From Malacoraja senta (lineage: Eukaryota), in contig JAXLNO010001607.1 of assembly GCA_038087875.1 (NCBI GenBank), positions 310,001 through 374,000 on the forward strand: a stretch of 64,000 bases of DNA, given 5' to 3'. Shown in pieces: positions 11,298 to 24,129 of this stretch. A program made the position numbers and the translations under genes. Each line of letters starts with the position of its first letter. The first letter of the stretch is position 1. Below the pieces are notes generated by a model. The model saw only the letters and a program-made list of their open reading frames with translations, was not told the DNA's origin and ran no database searches.

Positions 11298-13439
11298 TAG
11301 CACTGAGGGAGCAGCTCTGCCAGTTGTGCCATTGTGCTGGCCTGGTAGTATTTTGGTTTAACATGTGGTTGTAAAATTGCATCACAAACTCTGCAGAACG
11401 CCCTGTATAGCACTAGATTCCACTGATGTTTCTTTGGTGGGATATTGACCCGTGGCTCTCTGATTGAGAATGGAGATATGCTGTGGCTGACACCGCATGA
11501 AAAAAATGTTTTGCACACAACTCACAGTTACTTCTTGCCTGGGTGGATGGAGCCCGCAGCGGGGGCTTGGGTCAGTGCCACAAAGGTGTCCGGAGATCAC
11601 CCGGCAGCGTTAGTGAAGAGGCCGGTGTGGCGGTCGATGATGGCGCCTACCGATGGACGAGGATGGAGACGTGGAATTGAGGTCACCGCTGCCGAGGGAA
11701 GGAACAAAGGAGGACCTGGCGTGGGGGGACGGAGATTTGTAACTTTGTATGCGCCCTTTATGGGCAACTATTTCCATGCCTTGTGAGTGCAAGCAAAGAA
11801 TGTCACTGAGACTTGTCACATGTGACAATAAAGTATTCAATTCAATTCAATCAACAGCCACCTCTCATAATCTATTGATAACAGGCCTTTTGTTACAAGA
11901 TGGCATTCTCTGGAAAGGCGTAGGTTATTTAAAAATGTTTTAATCAATTTCTCTGATACAAGTGCACTGACCTCTTGTTCTGCTTTAGCTGTAAGTAGAC
12001 ACACTCTCTACAATACCTTTCTCACACGACCGAACTTTGAGGATCAGTTTGCACATGGTATGTTTGAGAGCTATTTCCAATTACTGGGAGACATCACAGC
12101 CTAGCCTGAACTAGACTGCATGCTACTCTTTAGTTAATGGTGAGATCAAGGCTTTTTGTCTGTCAGTCTGATATTGATTACAGTTGAATTCAGGAAACCC
12201 AATACCAAGCACAGCCTTTCACAAGGAAAAGCAAACAAATTGTGGCATTTACTTCAAGAAATACTCACACTCCCTATTGGACAATGTTAATGAATTCTGC
12301 TTTCAAACAATGAGTTCAAACCATGCTAAACAAGTCCAAGGAATTCTTAATGTAAACAAAGGAACTGCAGATGTTGGTTTCAGCCGAAGATAGACACAAA
12401 ATGTCGTAGTAACTCAGAGGCACAGGCAGCAGCTCTGGATGGAAGGAATGGGTGATGTTTTGGGTTGAGATCCTTTGGGGGAAAAAATCATCATGGCCTA
12501 TGTGTAAATCGCATGTCAATGAGAATGGAGATGTTGATTGAAATGTGAGTCAGTGGGATTTGGATGGAAACGTGAATGCACAGAATTTAAAAGAAGTCTA
12601 TTGGATCTGAACACATCTTGGTCTGAAGTATGATCTCGACCCACAATTTCACCCATTCCTTCTCTACAGAGATGCTGCCTGTGAGTTACCCCAGCATTTT
12701 GTGTCTGTCTCCCGTGTAAACTGGCATCTGCAGTTCCTTCCTACACATTTGGTATGTGAATCAGTATTGTGTGAATGGATAATTTTTTGAATGGGTATAT
12801 GCTTCAGAATGGTGTTGGTGGGTGCATTTTTGAATGGGGTAAGTGATTCAAAATGGTGTGAATGGAGGAATTTTTGAACGGGACATGTGATTCAAAATGG
12901 TGTGATCAAGTTTATCAATGACAGATACATTTATGCAATTAATCTATATTTATCATATTTAATTTTATAACATAAATATGAACTTCAAATTGAATTAATT
13001 ATGTTCCACCCTGTTACTTGATCTTTTAGATAGTTGAGAAGGTATTGAAAGAGTGCCTTGTTCACTCAAGACCCCAGGCAATAGTGGACAGTTTATCAGC
13101 AAACACTTGGCCCAGTGCCTGAGGTACTCCAGTCACTAAGTGATGGAAATGCATTTGTCATTCCACAAGTCTCACATTGTGTAAGAGGTTGGGGCTGGAG
13201 TTTCAGCCCAACAGATCAGACAGAAGAGGTACAGGAACAGAGGCAGGGTGAATGTGTGCTTTGTAGACTATCAGATACAGAATATTACAGGTCAGGAACT
13301 CACCGTTTTGGCCCACAATGTATATGCCGAATGTAATGATAAACTGACCTAGTCGAATGCAAACAGAAATTTTACATTCGATGAACACTTTCACATCATA
13401 CAACCCATCTCCAATGAAAATTATCTCCTTCCTTCCATG

Positions 13440-14600
13440 ACTTTTAGTTATGGAGTCATAGAGTGATACAGTTTGGGAACAGGCCCTTCGGCCCAACTAA
13501 TCCACACCGGCCAACATGTCCCAGCTACACTAGTCCCACCTGCCTGCCTTTGGTCCATATCCCTCCAAACCTGTCATATCCATGTACATGTCTAACTGTT
13601 TCTTAAACGAGGGGATAGTCCCAGCCTCAATTACCTCCTCTGGGAGCTTGTTCCATACACCCACCACACTTTGTGTGAAAACGTTACCCTTCGGATTCCT
13701 ATTAAATCTTATCCCATTGACCTTGAAACTATGTCATCTGGTCCTCGATTCGCCTACTCTGGGCAAAAGACTGTGCATCTACCCGAACTATTCCTCTCCT
13801 GGTTTTGTACACCTCTTACAAGATCACCCCTCATCCTCCTGCGCTCCAAGGAATAGACCCAGCCTACTCAAACTCTCCCTATAACTCACACCCTCTAGTC
13901 CTGGCAACATCCTTGTAAATATTTTCTGACCAGTTTCAAGCTTGACAATATATTTACAACTGCAACATGACGTCCCAACTTCTGTACTCATTATTCTGAC
14001 TGATGAAGGCCAACGTGCCAAAAGCCTTTTTGACCACCTTATCTACCTATGACTCGACCTTTAAGGAACCTTGCACTTGTACTCCTAGATCCCTTTCCTC
14101 TCAACACTCCCCAGAGACCGACCATTTACTGTGTTAGACGTCCCAAAAAGCAACACATCACACTTCTCTGTATTAAATTCCATCAACCATTCCTCGGCCC
14201 ACTGGCCAATCGATCCAGATCCTGCTGCAATCGTTCACAACCATTGTCTACCTGCAATCGTTCACAACCATCTTCACTATCTGCAAAACCACTCCCTTTT
14301 GTATCATCAGCAATCTTGCTAATCTTGCCCCACATTATATCATCCAAATCAATTATGTAGACGACAAACAGTAACGGGCCCAGCACCAAACCATGAGTCA
14401 CACCACTAGTCACACGCCTCCAATCAGTGAAGCAACCTTCCACCATCATCCTCTGCTTCCTTCCATGGGGCCATTTGATATCCATTCAGCTATCTCTCCT
14501 TGGATCTTATGTGATCAAATCTTCCAGAGCAGCCTACCATGCGGAGCCTTTTCGAATACCTTTCTGAAATCCATGCACACAACATCTACAGCTCTGTAGA
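13440..14600 (-). mobile_element. CR1 LINE fragment (RT to 3' end), decayed
   Basis: [24 protein letters not shown]...KIADDTK and FTRMLPGLEG.SYRE.L.RLGL motifs; tail ends ctctatgactc. Confidence 0.85.
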
Positions 14601-15673
14601 GCTTCCACAGCTTGAGTTGTGCAAAGTCATGGAGAACACATCTCCGGTCAGTCAGCTAATTTCCATTGTGTTCAGTGTGTTGGACTGAGGGAAAAAAATG
14701 GGATTAAAGGATGAGATTCTTTCTCCAGTTGCTGTGATACATTGTAAATGGATCGATTGTAATGTGTACGAAGGAACTGCAGATACTGGTTTAAACTGAA
14801 GGTAGACATAAAAAAGCTAGAATAACTCAGCGGGGCAGGCAGCATCTCTGGAGAGAAGAATTGAAGAAGGGTCTCAACCTGAAACGTCACCTATTCCTTC
14901 TCTCCAGAGATGCTGCCTGTCCTGCTGAGTTACTCCAGCTTTTTGTGTCTATCTTCAGATCGATTACAATCATGTATTGACTTTCTGCTGACTGGTTAGC
15001 ACACAACAAAAGCTTTTCACTGTAAACAGCTTTCACTGTTTCACAATAAACTAAACTGAACTGAGACTATTAATACTTCATACCTGTGCATAAACCTGGG
15101 AAAATGAATTTTAAAATAATTCTTGACTATAACCTGCTTATGTATTCAAGTGACAGTGGGTGCATTGATTCAATGGTTCAATGGTACTTTATTGTCACAT
15201 ATACCTGGGTTCAGTGAAATTCCTTTTTGCATACAGTTCTGTCAAACATTTACAATACACAATCATACTTTAGTACAAGACTACAGGAGATATAGATTAC
15301 ATTGAGACAATACACAATTTGTATTGATTTCCACTAACATTTTGCATAAATCAAAACTCCAAAGTTATAAACAATGTAGAGATTTAACTTGACCTTATAA
15401 CCTATTGCTTTGGTGGCAGCACTGGTTTGGAGCTGCAGGGTTTAGCCCACAATGTTTGGTATTAGTGTAAAGTTCATAATATCAGGATTATTCTTGCATG
15501 GAACAGGCACTGGTCCACGGTCCCAACTTGAATCTGATTTCATGAATTAATTGGCCATTGTACACTTGGCCAGACATTCCTTATAAAGATTACCATAAGG
15601 GACAATCTGCCCAGCCAATGTTGCCTCAAAGTGACTATGAATGTGGTGAACATGGATTGAACAAGTTAGGTCT

Positions 15674-16163
15674 AGGTTGAACAAGTTAGGTCTTTATTCT
15701 TTGGAGCGCAGAAGGTTAAGAGGGGACTTGATAGAGGTCTTTAAAATTATGAGCGGGTTAGACAGAGTGGACGTGGATAAGCTTTTCCCATTGAGAGTAG
15801 GGAAGATTCAAACAAGGGGACATGGCTTGAGAATTAAGGGACAGAAGTTTAGGGGGAACATTAGGGGGAACTTCTTTACTCAGAGAGTGGTAGCTGTGTG
15901 GAATGAGCTTCCAGTGGAAGTGGTGGAGGCAGGTTCGATGTTATCCTTTAAAAATAGATTGGATGGGTATATGGACGGGAAAGGAATGGAGGGTTATGGT
16001 CTGAGTGCAGGTAGATGGGACTAGGGGGAAGCATTTTATTTTTAATTAAAAAAATACAAAAAAATTAAAAAAAAAAAAAAAAAATTAAATGTTCGGCACG
16101 GACTTGAAGGGCCAAGATGGCCTGTTTCCGTGCTGTTATGGTTATATGGTTATATGGTTATAT
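15674..16163 (+). mobile_element. Young CR1 LINE 3' end with (gttatatg)n tail
   Basis: [23 protein letters not shown]...GRWD; nearly identical to the 3' end of the minus-strand copy at 42132-42610. Confidence 0.92.
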
Positions 16164-16169
16164 GACTTG

Positions 16170-16520
16170 GAAAGTTTCCTGAAAGATCAGCACACATTGA
16201 AATGATAACGCAATCAACTGTTATTCGATGCACAGAGACTTTGCCCAGAGTAGGGGAATCGAGGACCAGAGGACATAGGTTCAAGGTGAAGGGGAAAAGA
16301 TTTAATGGGAATCCGAGGGATAACATTTTCACACAAAGGGTGGTGGATTTATGGAACAAGCTGCCAGAGGAGGTAGTTGAGGCTGGGACTATTCTATCCT
16401 TTAAGAAACAGTTAGACAATCGCAGGCAAGTGGGACCAGTGTAGCTGGGACATTGGTGGCCGGTGTGGGCGAGTTGGGCCGAAGGAGCTGTTTCCAAACT
16501 GTATCACTCTATGACTCTAT
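16170..16520 (+). mobile_element. CR1 LINE 3' fragment (different subfamily)
   Basis: PRVGESRTRGHRFKVKG...FTQRVVDLWNKLPEEVVEAG; ctatgact tail. Confidence 0.8.
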
Positions 16521-16959
16521 GATATTATTAATAAAATTAATTAACGACAATCAAGTAGATTGTTTGAAGCTGTTCCCATTCCTTATGCAGATCCAAGTAA
16601 CCCGATCAAGGTAAATCAATGTAAGGTGACTGGAAGATGTGGAGTACTCAATAATCAAGATCTGGGACTTTAGTGACCTTCCTTCCTTCCTTCCATTATA
16701 AAGTCAAAAGTGAGAGTCTGTTGTTGATTGCACAATGCTCAATTTCATTTCCTCATTTATTCACTGCACCACAAGCTTTAACCAGCGACAAAACACACTG
16801 CAGATACGTGTCGTCTAGCCCATCAGAACATTCCAAACTCAACATCTCAAGCACAAGAACAACAAGGTCAGCAGATGTGTGGGAACCTGACCTGGGATCC
16901 ATCCTGACTTAGAAATGAATCACCATTTGTTCATAATTGAGTTTGGTTTAGAGATATGT

Positions 16960-17490
16960 CATGCCAACAGTTCGAAATAAACAGGTCGGCAGAGGGTAGA
17001 AGGCTGGCACAGGGGGTCAAAGAGGATGGGGTTTGTAGGATAAGGAGGACTGTGTTTTCACCGGGAGGTGAGGACTCCTTCCCGTAGAAAAAGGCTTGGA
17101 GGCGGAGGCAACTGAAGAAGATCTCTACATCATGGTGAGCCCTGAATTTGTTGAGGTGGGGGCGTAGGGATACAAAGAGAAGGCCTCAGTTGAAGACTGA
17201 CTGTTCTGTATCAGAAGGAAGTCAGGGGGGAAGGACCCAGGAGAGCTTTACTGTATATTTTCGGGGCCAGCAGCGTAGAGGCCCAAGGCCGGAAAAGGGG
17301 CTTGCAAACCATGTGTTGATGTCTTTGGCCGACTGGTGGCCGGTGAAGAGGCGAGGATCGGCGGAGTCAATGGGCCCACGAGCGGCTAGAGTACAGGTAA
17401 AGGTTGGCGGCAAACATGGCCTGGAAGCTTTGTGGGCCGATGGTGGCATGATCAACAGTATCAGTAGGTCAGGCCTGGAAGCTCCATTAA
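16960..17490 (-). mobile_element. Penelope-like element, N-terminal ORF remnant
   Basis: The minus strand reads ...FASPFSGLG...FQLRPSLCIP..., resembling the pre-RT region of vertebrate Penelope ORFs; frameshifted. Confidence 0.5.
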
Positions 17491-17499
17491 CCATTCTTC

Positions 17500-18430
17500 A
17501 GCCCACCTGTCTCACTGGTCACGATCCAGCTGTAATTTTTGATAACCATGTTCACTGTTTATGATACCAACTAGGTCAATGTCATCTGCAAAGCTTCTAA
17601 TCATGCCGCACATTTTCATCTAAGTTGCTCATATAAACCACAATCAGCAATGGGCCCAGCACTGAACCCTGAGGGACACCTCTATTCACAGGCCTCCAGT
17701 GTGAAAAGCAAACTTCCACTATCACCCTATGCTTCCATGAACGTAATTCTTTGTTTAGGCAGCTAGTTCTCCCTGAATTCCATGAGCTCTAATCATCCAG
17801 CGCAGCCTACCATGCAGAAACTTATCAAAGGCCTTGCTAAAGACCATATGTACAATGTCTATGACCTTATCATCATCAACCTTCTTGGTTACTTTTTCCA
17901 AAAACTATCAGATTGGCGATGCATGATCTCCCACGTACAAAACCATGCAAATGCATATTTACCCTATCTCTCAGAATCCTGTCCAGTAACTTACCTACCG
18001 CAGATTCTAGGCTCACTGATTTATAGTTTCTAGGTTTTGCCCTGTAGTCCTTCTTAAATGGATGCACCACATTTGCCACCCTCCAGTTATCCGGCACCTC
18101 ACCCATGTCTAACAATGATTCATATCTCTCAGTCAGGGCGCTTGCAATTTTTTCTCTAGCTCCCCACAGTGTCCTCTGATATATGTGATCAGGTCTGGGT
18201 GAATTATCTACTTTCATATGTCTTAGGATGTCCAGCACATCATCGGCCATAACACGGACTGTCCTCCAGACATCTCCATTTCCTGTTGCAAGCTCCCTCA
18301 TCTTCAAATCTTTCTCCAAACAGGGGAGAAATACTCATTGAAGATCTTGCTCATCTCATGCTGCTCCTCACAGAGATGACAGCTTTTATTTTCTGAGTGG
18401 ATTTATTCTTTATCAAGTTACCCTCATTCA
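17500..18430 (-). mobile_element. CR1 LINE RT-region fragment, decayed
   Basis: MKVDNSPRPD...WRVANVVHPFKK...NYKSVSL..AVGKLL...HGFVRGRSC..NL. Confidence 0.85.
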
Positions 18431-18459
18431 TTTAATATAGGAGCGAAGAAGACTGTAAA

Positions 18460-19525
18460 AACTTGTGAACATGCCCAGTCCATCACGGGTTCTGACCTCC
18501 CCACCATCGAAGGAAGCTCAAAAAGGCAGCAAGGATCATCAGAGACCCACACCACCCTGGCCACACACTTATTTCACCCCTGCCATAGGGTAGAAGGTAC
18601 AGGAGCCTGAAAATTGTAACGTCAGGTTCAGCAATAACTTCTACCCTACAGCCTTTATGCTATTAAACACTACAGCCTTAAACAAGCTCTTAACTACATA
18701 GACTATTATTGTTATTGTTGCACCATTATTGTTTGTTTTTGTGTGTACATATGAGTGTGTGTTTGTGTATATATATATATTTATATATATATATATGAAT
18801 ATGATCTGTATATATGTGTATTTGTGAGTATGTGTATATATATACACCCAGATATTTTTATTTCTTGTTTCTTATATTGTTTACAGTGTACTATGTTTAC
18901 ATATTCTGTTGTGCTGCTGCAAGTAAGAATGTCATTGTTCTATCTAGGACATCTCTATATAACTAAAAGTCTTTGGCTTGTTTGTGCCCACGATGTGTCT
19001 CTGTGTGTGTCAATCTGGTTAATTCCTATCTTCTTCCTAATGCTAGGCCACAGCTTTCTCATTTTCACACGTCGAACTCACATTTTTCCCATGGTGGCGA
19101 TAAACATCTTCCCGTCACATTTCCACCTATATTTCCGAAGTTATTAATCGTTAAATTTAAAAAACAGTCTGATTTCTTCAAACTCTTCCATTTTGGAAAC
19201 AAAATCCGAGTGACTTCACAATGCACTCGCAAGGCAGGACAGGGCCACTCCAGGAGGGACGGACACTCCAGTGCTCCAACCCTCCTTCCCCCCTCCCCAC
19301 CACCCTCCAGTGCACCAATCACAATGGGCTATCAAGCTGCCGAGTGCCACACCCCCTGCCCCCTCCCCCCTCCCCCCCACCGGGTTATTCATGATTAAAG
19401 GTTTTTTTAAAGCCAAACGGTTTGCATTGGGGGAACGGGTGAGTGCTGGAATATTGCGTTGGGGGAGCAGACCCAACGGGTCTGCACTTGGTCTGGTATG
19501 ACAATAAAACAATATTGATTCTTGA
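18460..19525 (+). mobile_element. Rex1/Babar-like LINE 3' end with (TA/TG)n tract, interrupted by a Helitron
   Basis: KAARIIRDPHHPGH...YRSLK-type coding remnant; the tail ggaca|tatgacaataaa is reconstituted across the Helitron; microsatellite at 18745-18845. Confidence 0.7.
18952..19496 (+). mobile_element. Non-autonomous Helitron (545 bp)
   Basis: 5' TC start (TCTCTATATAACTAAAAG), 3' CTGG (CTRR) end, 8-bp GC hairpin GCAGACCC-AAC-GGGTCTGC at 19467-19485 seven nt before the end, inserted between A and T with no TSD. Confidence 0.85.
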
Positions 19526-19586
19526 ATGTACATAAAGTATCTTTGGATTCTTCTTTGTGTGACACCAAAATTGATAAGTATATTAG
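19526..19586 (+). CDS. Candidate leader (signal peptide) exon of the class I-like gene
   Basis: ATG + MYIKYLWILLCVTPKLISIL + G|GTAATG, a phase-1 donor that joins alpha1 in frame. It has no clear upstream acceptor or promoter and directly follows a repeat tail. Confidence 0.3.
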
Positions 19587-20364
19587 GTAATGAAAATTGT
19601 TGTCTAAGATTACAAAATAATGTTGATCAACCGGAAAGGTATGGAGGTGAGGGGATGGGAGGTGAGGGGAGGAAGGAATGCCAGTTGAAATCTAACTCAA
19701 ACAAGTGTGATTTGATGCATTTTGGGAAGTCAAATCAGGGCTGGCCAAATCTATTGCAGGATTGTAAATGGAGCTGTACCTTGGTGTACAATTACATAGT
19801 TCCCTGAAAATGGCATCATAGTTTGATAGGGTAGTGAAGGGAATATATGTCTGAAGAATCGCCTCGACCCAAAAGGTCACCCATTCCTTCTCTCCAGAAA
19901 TATTGCCGCTGAGTCTCTCTAGCTTTTTGTGTCTATCTTCGGTTTAAATTAGCATCTGCTGTTCATTCCTACACAGAGTATATGTTATGCCTTGTTACCT
20001 CAGCCATGGTACTGAGGACTAGAGTTGGGGTGTCATGTTACAGTTGTACAGAATGTTGAACAGGCAACCATTAATCTGTCCAGGGGCTCAGCTGATTTGT
20101 TGCACAATAGACTATAATCCAAGGTCAGAACTCTGAAAAGAAAATCAAGAAATTCAAGTTGCCACTCATCCAGGGACTGAATAACAAAACACATCTTAGT
20201 TTTGCTTATCTGGCTTGAGAACTCTTAACTTTGATCTATTTTGCGTCATAGTGCAGTCCCTTTATAAAATGGCCATCCCCAGACATCTATCCTGTGTCCA
20301 CACTGTTTCCCAAGGGCACCTCACCTATTTTCAGCTCTGCTCTCAACAAGTATCAATCACATTA

Positions 20365-20495
20365 TCCTCTCTCTATCTATCATCTCTCTCCATCTCACTA
20401 TATCTCTCTCTCTCTATCTCCCTATCTCTCTCCATCTATTTATCTCTCCATCTCTCATCCCCCAGCTCTATCTCTCTTTCCTTCATCTCTTTCAT
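20365..20495. repeat. (TC/TA)-rich simple repeat
   Basis: ctctctatctatcatctctctcc... low-complexity pyrimidine tract. Confidence 0.8.
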
Positions 20496-20734
20496 TTCTG
20501 CAAATTGAAATCATTAATCGGTCTGAGAGCACTGTGTGTGACTGAATGACATCAGAGCATCAGTCCCTGAGGCATTCCACTGGTCACAGGCTTCCTATGT
20601 AAAAAAAACAACCTTCCACTACTATTCTCTGACTCCTACCACCAAGCCAACTTTGTGTCCAATTGACTAGCTCACCCTGGATCCCATGTTTTCCAACCTA
20701 ATGGACCAGCCACCCATGTGGGGCCTTGCTGAAG

Positions 20735-21048
20735 GATGGCATGGTGGCATAGTCGTAAGGCTACTGCTTTACAGTGCCAGAGATCTGGGTTCAATCCTGA
20801 CTACAATTGCTTTTCTATATGGAGTTTGTACGTTCTCCCCGTGACCTGCGTAGGTTTTCTCCAAGATCTTCGGTTTCCTCCCACACTCCAAAGACGTAGA
20901 GGTTTGTACGTTAATTGGCTTGGTATAAAAGGTAAAATTACCCCTAGTGTGTGTAGGGTAGCGTTAAAATGCAGGGATCGCTGGTCGGTGCAGGCCCGGT
21001 GGGCTGTAGGGTCTGTTTCCTCACTGTATCTCTAAACTAAACTAAACA
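20735..21048 (+). mobile_element. HE1-like SINE
   Basis: tggcatagtcg A box, ggttcaatcc B box, ggtttcctcccacactcc core, (taaac)n tail; a degenerate inverted copy follows at 21050-21270. Confidence 0.85.
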
Positions 21049-21290
21049 TAGACAACATCTGTCATCCAATCACACACTGGGCAATTTACAAAATTCAATT
21101 AACCAACCAACTCGCATGTCTTTGAGATATAGGAGGAACGGAGCATTTGGTGGAATTCCACGTGTCATAGGGAGAACAAAAAAATGATACACGTTGTACC
21201 CGAGATCAGGATTGAATCCAAGTTGCTGTAGCAGAGGGGCACCAATTCTGCCAGTTGCCTCAATGTACTGCCTTTTAAAAAGAAAATTCA

Positions 21291-21597
21291 AAGCCTGTCC
21301 CAGTGTACGAGGTAATTCAAGAGCTCTCCCGAGTTAAAAAAAAAATTAAACTCGTGGTAAGCACGTAGAATGTACGTAGCGGGTACGTCGGAACTCGGGA
21401 CGTCTCCTAGCGGCTCGTAATGCTAACGGCAGGTACTCAGGAAACGCGGTAAGCTCGTGAAGACTCGTGAAGATTTTTCAACATGTTGAAAAAAGTCCAC
21501 GAGAGCCCCAAGTACCTACGAGCAGCTATTACCGTAATTCTCCGAGTTCGAATCAGGGGAAACTCGTTGAATTAGCTCGTACAGTGGGACAGGGCCT
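21291..21597. mobile_element. About 310-bp MITE, inverted copy of 7655-7968
   Basis: The interior is the reverse complement of the 7655-7968 copy; TIR ..gcctgtccca.tgtacgag / ctcgtacagtgggacagg. Confidence 0.85.
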
Positions 21598-21642
21598 TTA
21601 AGCTGTGTCTGCGTTGTCCAAGCACACACTCTCAGGGCAGAA

Positions 21643-21950
21643 TTAGTTTAGTTTAGTTTAGAGATACAGCGCGGAAACAGGCCTTTCGGCCTACCAAGTT
21701 TGCGAAGACCAATGATCCCTTTACATTGGCACTATCCTACACACACTAGGTACAAATTACAATTTACAAACCAATTAACCTACAAACCTGTACGTCTTTG
21801 GAGGTTGGGAGGAAACTGGAGCACCCGGAGAAAACCCATGCGTTCACCCAACATGCAAACTCCGTGCAGACCGCACCCATAGTCAGGATCGAACCCTGGT
21901 GTCTGGTGCTATAAGGCAGCAACTCTACCGCTGCGCCACCCTGCCGCCCC
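21643..21950 (-). mobile_element. HE1-like SINE
   Basis: (tttag)n tail, gagatacagcgcggaaacaggcc, ...gcagcaactctaccgctgcgccacc head. Confidence 0.85.
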
Positions 21951-22349
21951 TAAGTATAGATATAGGGAAAGATACAGCAGCCTGAAAACCGTGACAACCA
22001 GATTCAAGAATAGCCTCTTCTCAGCAAACATCAGGCTCTTCAACACCGCACAAAACTAACTTCAGCATCTATGATCATCTATGGACTGTCTTTGAATGTA
22101 ATATGAATTTAGTTTTTTGCACTATTATGATAGTCCAGTATTACAGTTATTAATTTATTGTTTTATTGGTTGTTTTATATTATCTCTGTGTTATTGCAGT
22201 TACATGCAGGTGAAGCTGCAGCAAGTCAGAATTTTGTTGTTCTATTGTTGATACATATGACAATTAAACGACTCTTACCTCGCATTTGATCTTGGGTAAA
22301 GCTCACTCCATATTACCCCCACCATACACTCAGGAAAGGTACAAGGAAC

Positions 22350-23345
22350 AAGTACATGTTTAAGAAAGAACTGCAGATGCTGGAAAAATCCAAGGTAGAC
22401 GAAAATGCTGGAGAAACTCAGCGGTGAGGCAGCATCTATGGAGCAAAGGAATAGGTGACGTTTTGGGTCGAGACCCTTCTTCAGACTGATATGGGGGTGG
22501 GGGGGCGGGAAGAAGAAAGGAAGAGGTGGAGATAGTAGGCTGTGGGAGAGCTTCGAAGGGGAGGGGAAGGAGGGAGAAAGAAAAGACTACCTGAAAATGG
22601 AGGTCAATGTTCATACCGCTGGAGTGTAAACTACCCAAGCGAAAAATGATATGCTGCTCCTCCAATTGCGGAGGGTCTTACTCTGGCGTGGAGGAGACCC
22701 AGGACAGAAAGGTCGGATTCTGAATGGGAGGGGGAGTTGAAGTGCTGAGCCACCGGGAGATCAGGTTGGTTAATGCGGACTGAGCGGAGGTGTTGGGCGA
22801 AGCGATCGCCAAGCCTGCGCTTGGTCTCACCGATGTACAGCAGTTGACACCTAGACCAGCGGATGCAATAGATGAGGTTGGAGGAGGGGCAGGTGGGGGG
22901 AGATAAAGCGACAAGTGTAGCATTTCCTGCGGTTGCAAGGGAAAGTGCCAGGGGAGGGGAAGGTTAGGGAATGGGGCTTCTTCTCTTCGACTATAGATGA
23001 GGCTCTCACCAGGGTCTCTTCTATATCTCGTTGCTCCGCTCTCACTCCCCATCCCCCCACTCGTGACAAGTCCCCCTTGTCCTCACATTACACCCTACCA
23101 GCCGTCACATACAACAGATAATCCTCCAACATATTCGCCACCTCCAACGGGATCCCATCACTGGCCACATCTTCTCATCTTCTCCCCTTTCAGCTTTCTG
23201 CAGAGACTGCTCCCTCTGTAACTCCCTGGTCAATTTGTCCCTTCCCACCCAAACCACCCCCTCCCCTGGTACTTTCCCTTGCAACCGCAGGAAATGCTAC
23301 ACTTGTCGCTTTACCTCCCCCCCTGACTCCATCCAAGGACCTAGG
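22350..23345. mobile_element. Penelope-like element, 5'-truncated with inverted segment
   Basis: 22350-22975(-) encodes the GIY-YIG C-terminus [20 protein letters not shown] plus pLTR. 23060-23345(+) carries the upstream part in the opposite orientation. Confidence 0.8.
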
Positions 23346-24129
23346 CATGCCATGCTATGCAAACAGATTAGATATACCATACACAGATATAATCAATTAA
23401 AAGGGGAATAATATCATGCAGCATAACGATCTCAGCATTGTAGCGCATCAGTTCCAGTGAGAAAGACCAATGATCTCGGTGGATAGAGGTAAATCATACT
23501 TACCATAACCTACAGAAAAACTGTTCAGAAGCCAGATAACAGAGGGGAAGGAGCTGTCGCTGAGGCTGGTGGTACGTGCCTTCAATCTTCTGCACCTTCT
23601 GCCAGACGGGAGCCAAACCTATCCATGCCTTTCATAATTTTACATACTTCTATCAGGGCTCCCCTCAATTAATTGGAGCAGGAAACCAATGTAAGGACTC
23701 AGTTTTGGCAATGATACAAAAATAGATGAAATGGCACGGTTTAATGAGGAAAGTATGATTTTACAACAGGATATAGATAGCTTGAGTGATTAGTCAAAAC
23801 CTGGCTAATGTGTTTAATGTGGGAAACTGTGAGGTCATGCTGAAGATAGACACAAAATGCTGGAGTAACTCAGCAGGACAGGCAGCATCTCTAGATAGAA
23901 GGAATGGGTGACGTTTCAGGTCGAGACCCATTTTCAGACTGCAGAACTCTCGTTGGAGAGAGGAGGAGAACCTCTTCAAAGTAGGCATACCTTGAGGCGA
24001 TTTCTCAGTGGAGAAGCCAAATTGTGTAGGAAGGAACTGCAAATGCTGCCTCACACTGAAGATAGACACAAAATGCTGGAGTAACTTAGCAGGACAAGCA
24101 GCATCTCTAGGTAGAATTGGTGATGTTTC

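Noticed and set aside
14225-14271. 27-bp tandem duplication (also a 22-bp one near 63533-63575 and a 16-bp one near 41663-41704)
   Set aside because: Small slippage duplications in decayed LINEs or intron, with no sign of function.
16591-16610. 20-nt AG/GT-bounded micro-exon
   Set aside because: Not frame-preserving, not hydrophobic, and without independent support.
18755-19147. Hydrophobic 130-aa ORF (MCVCVYIYI...)
   Set aside because: Translation of a (TA/TG)n microsatellite, a LINE tail and a Helitron.
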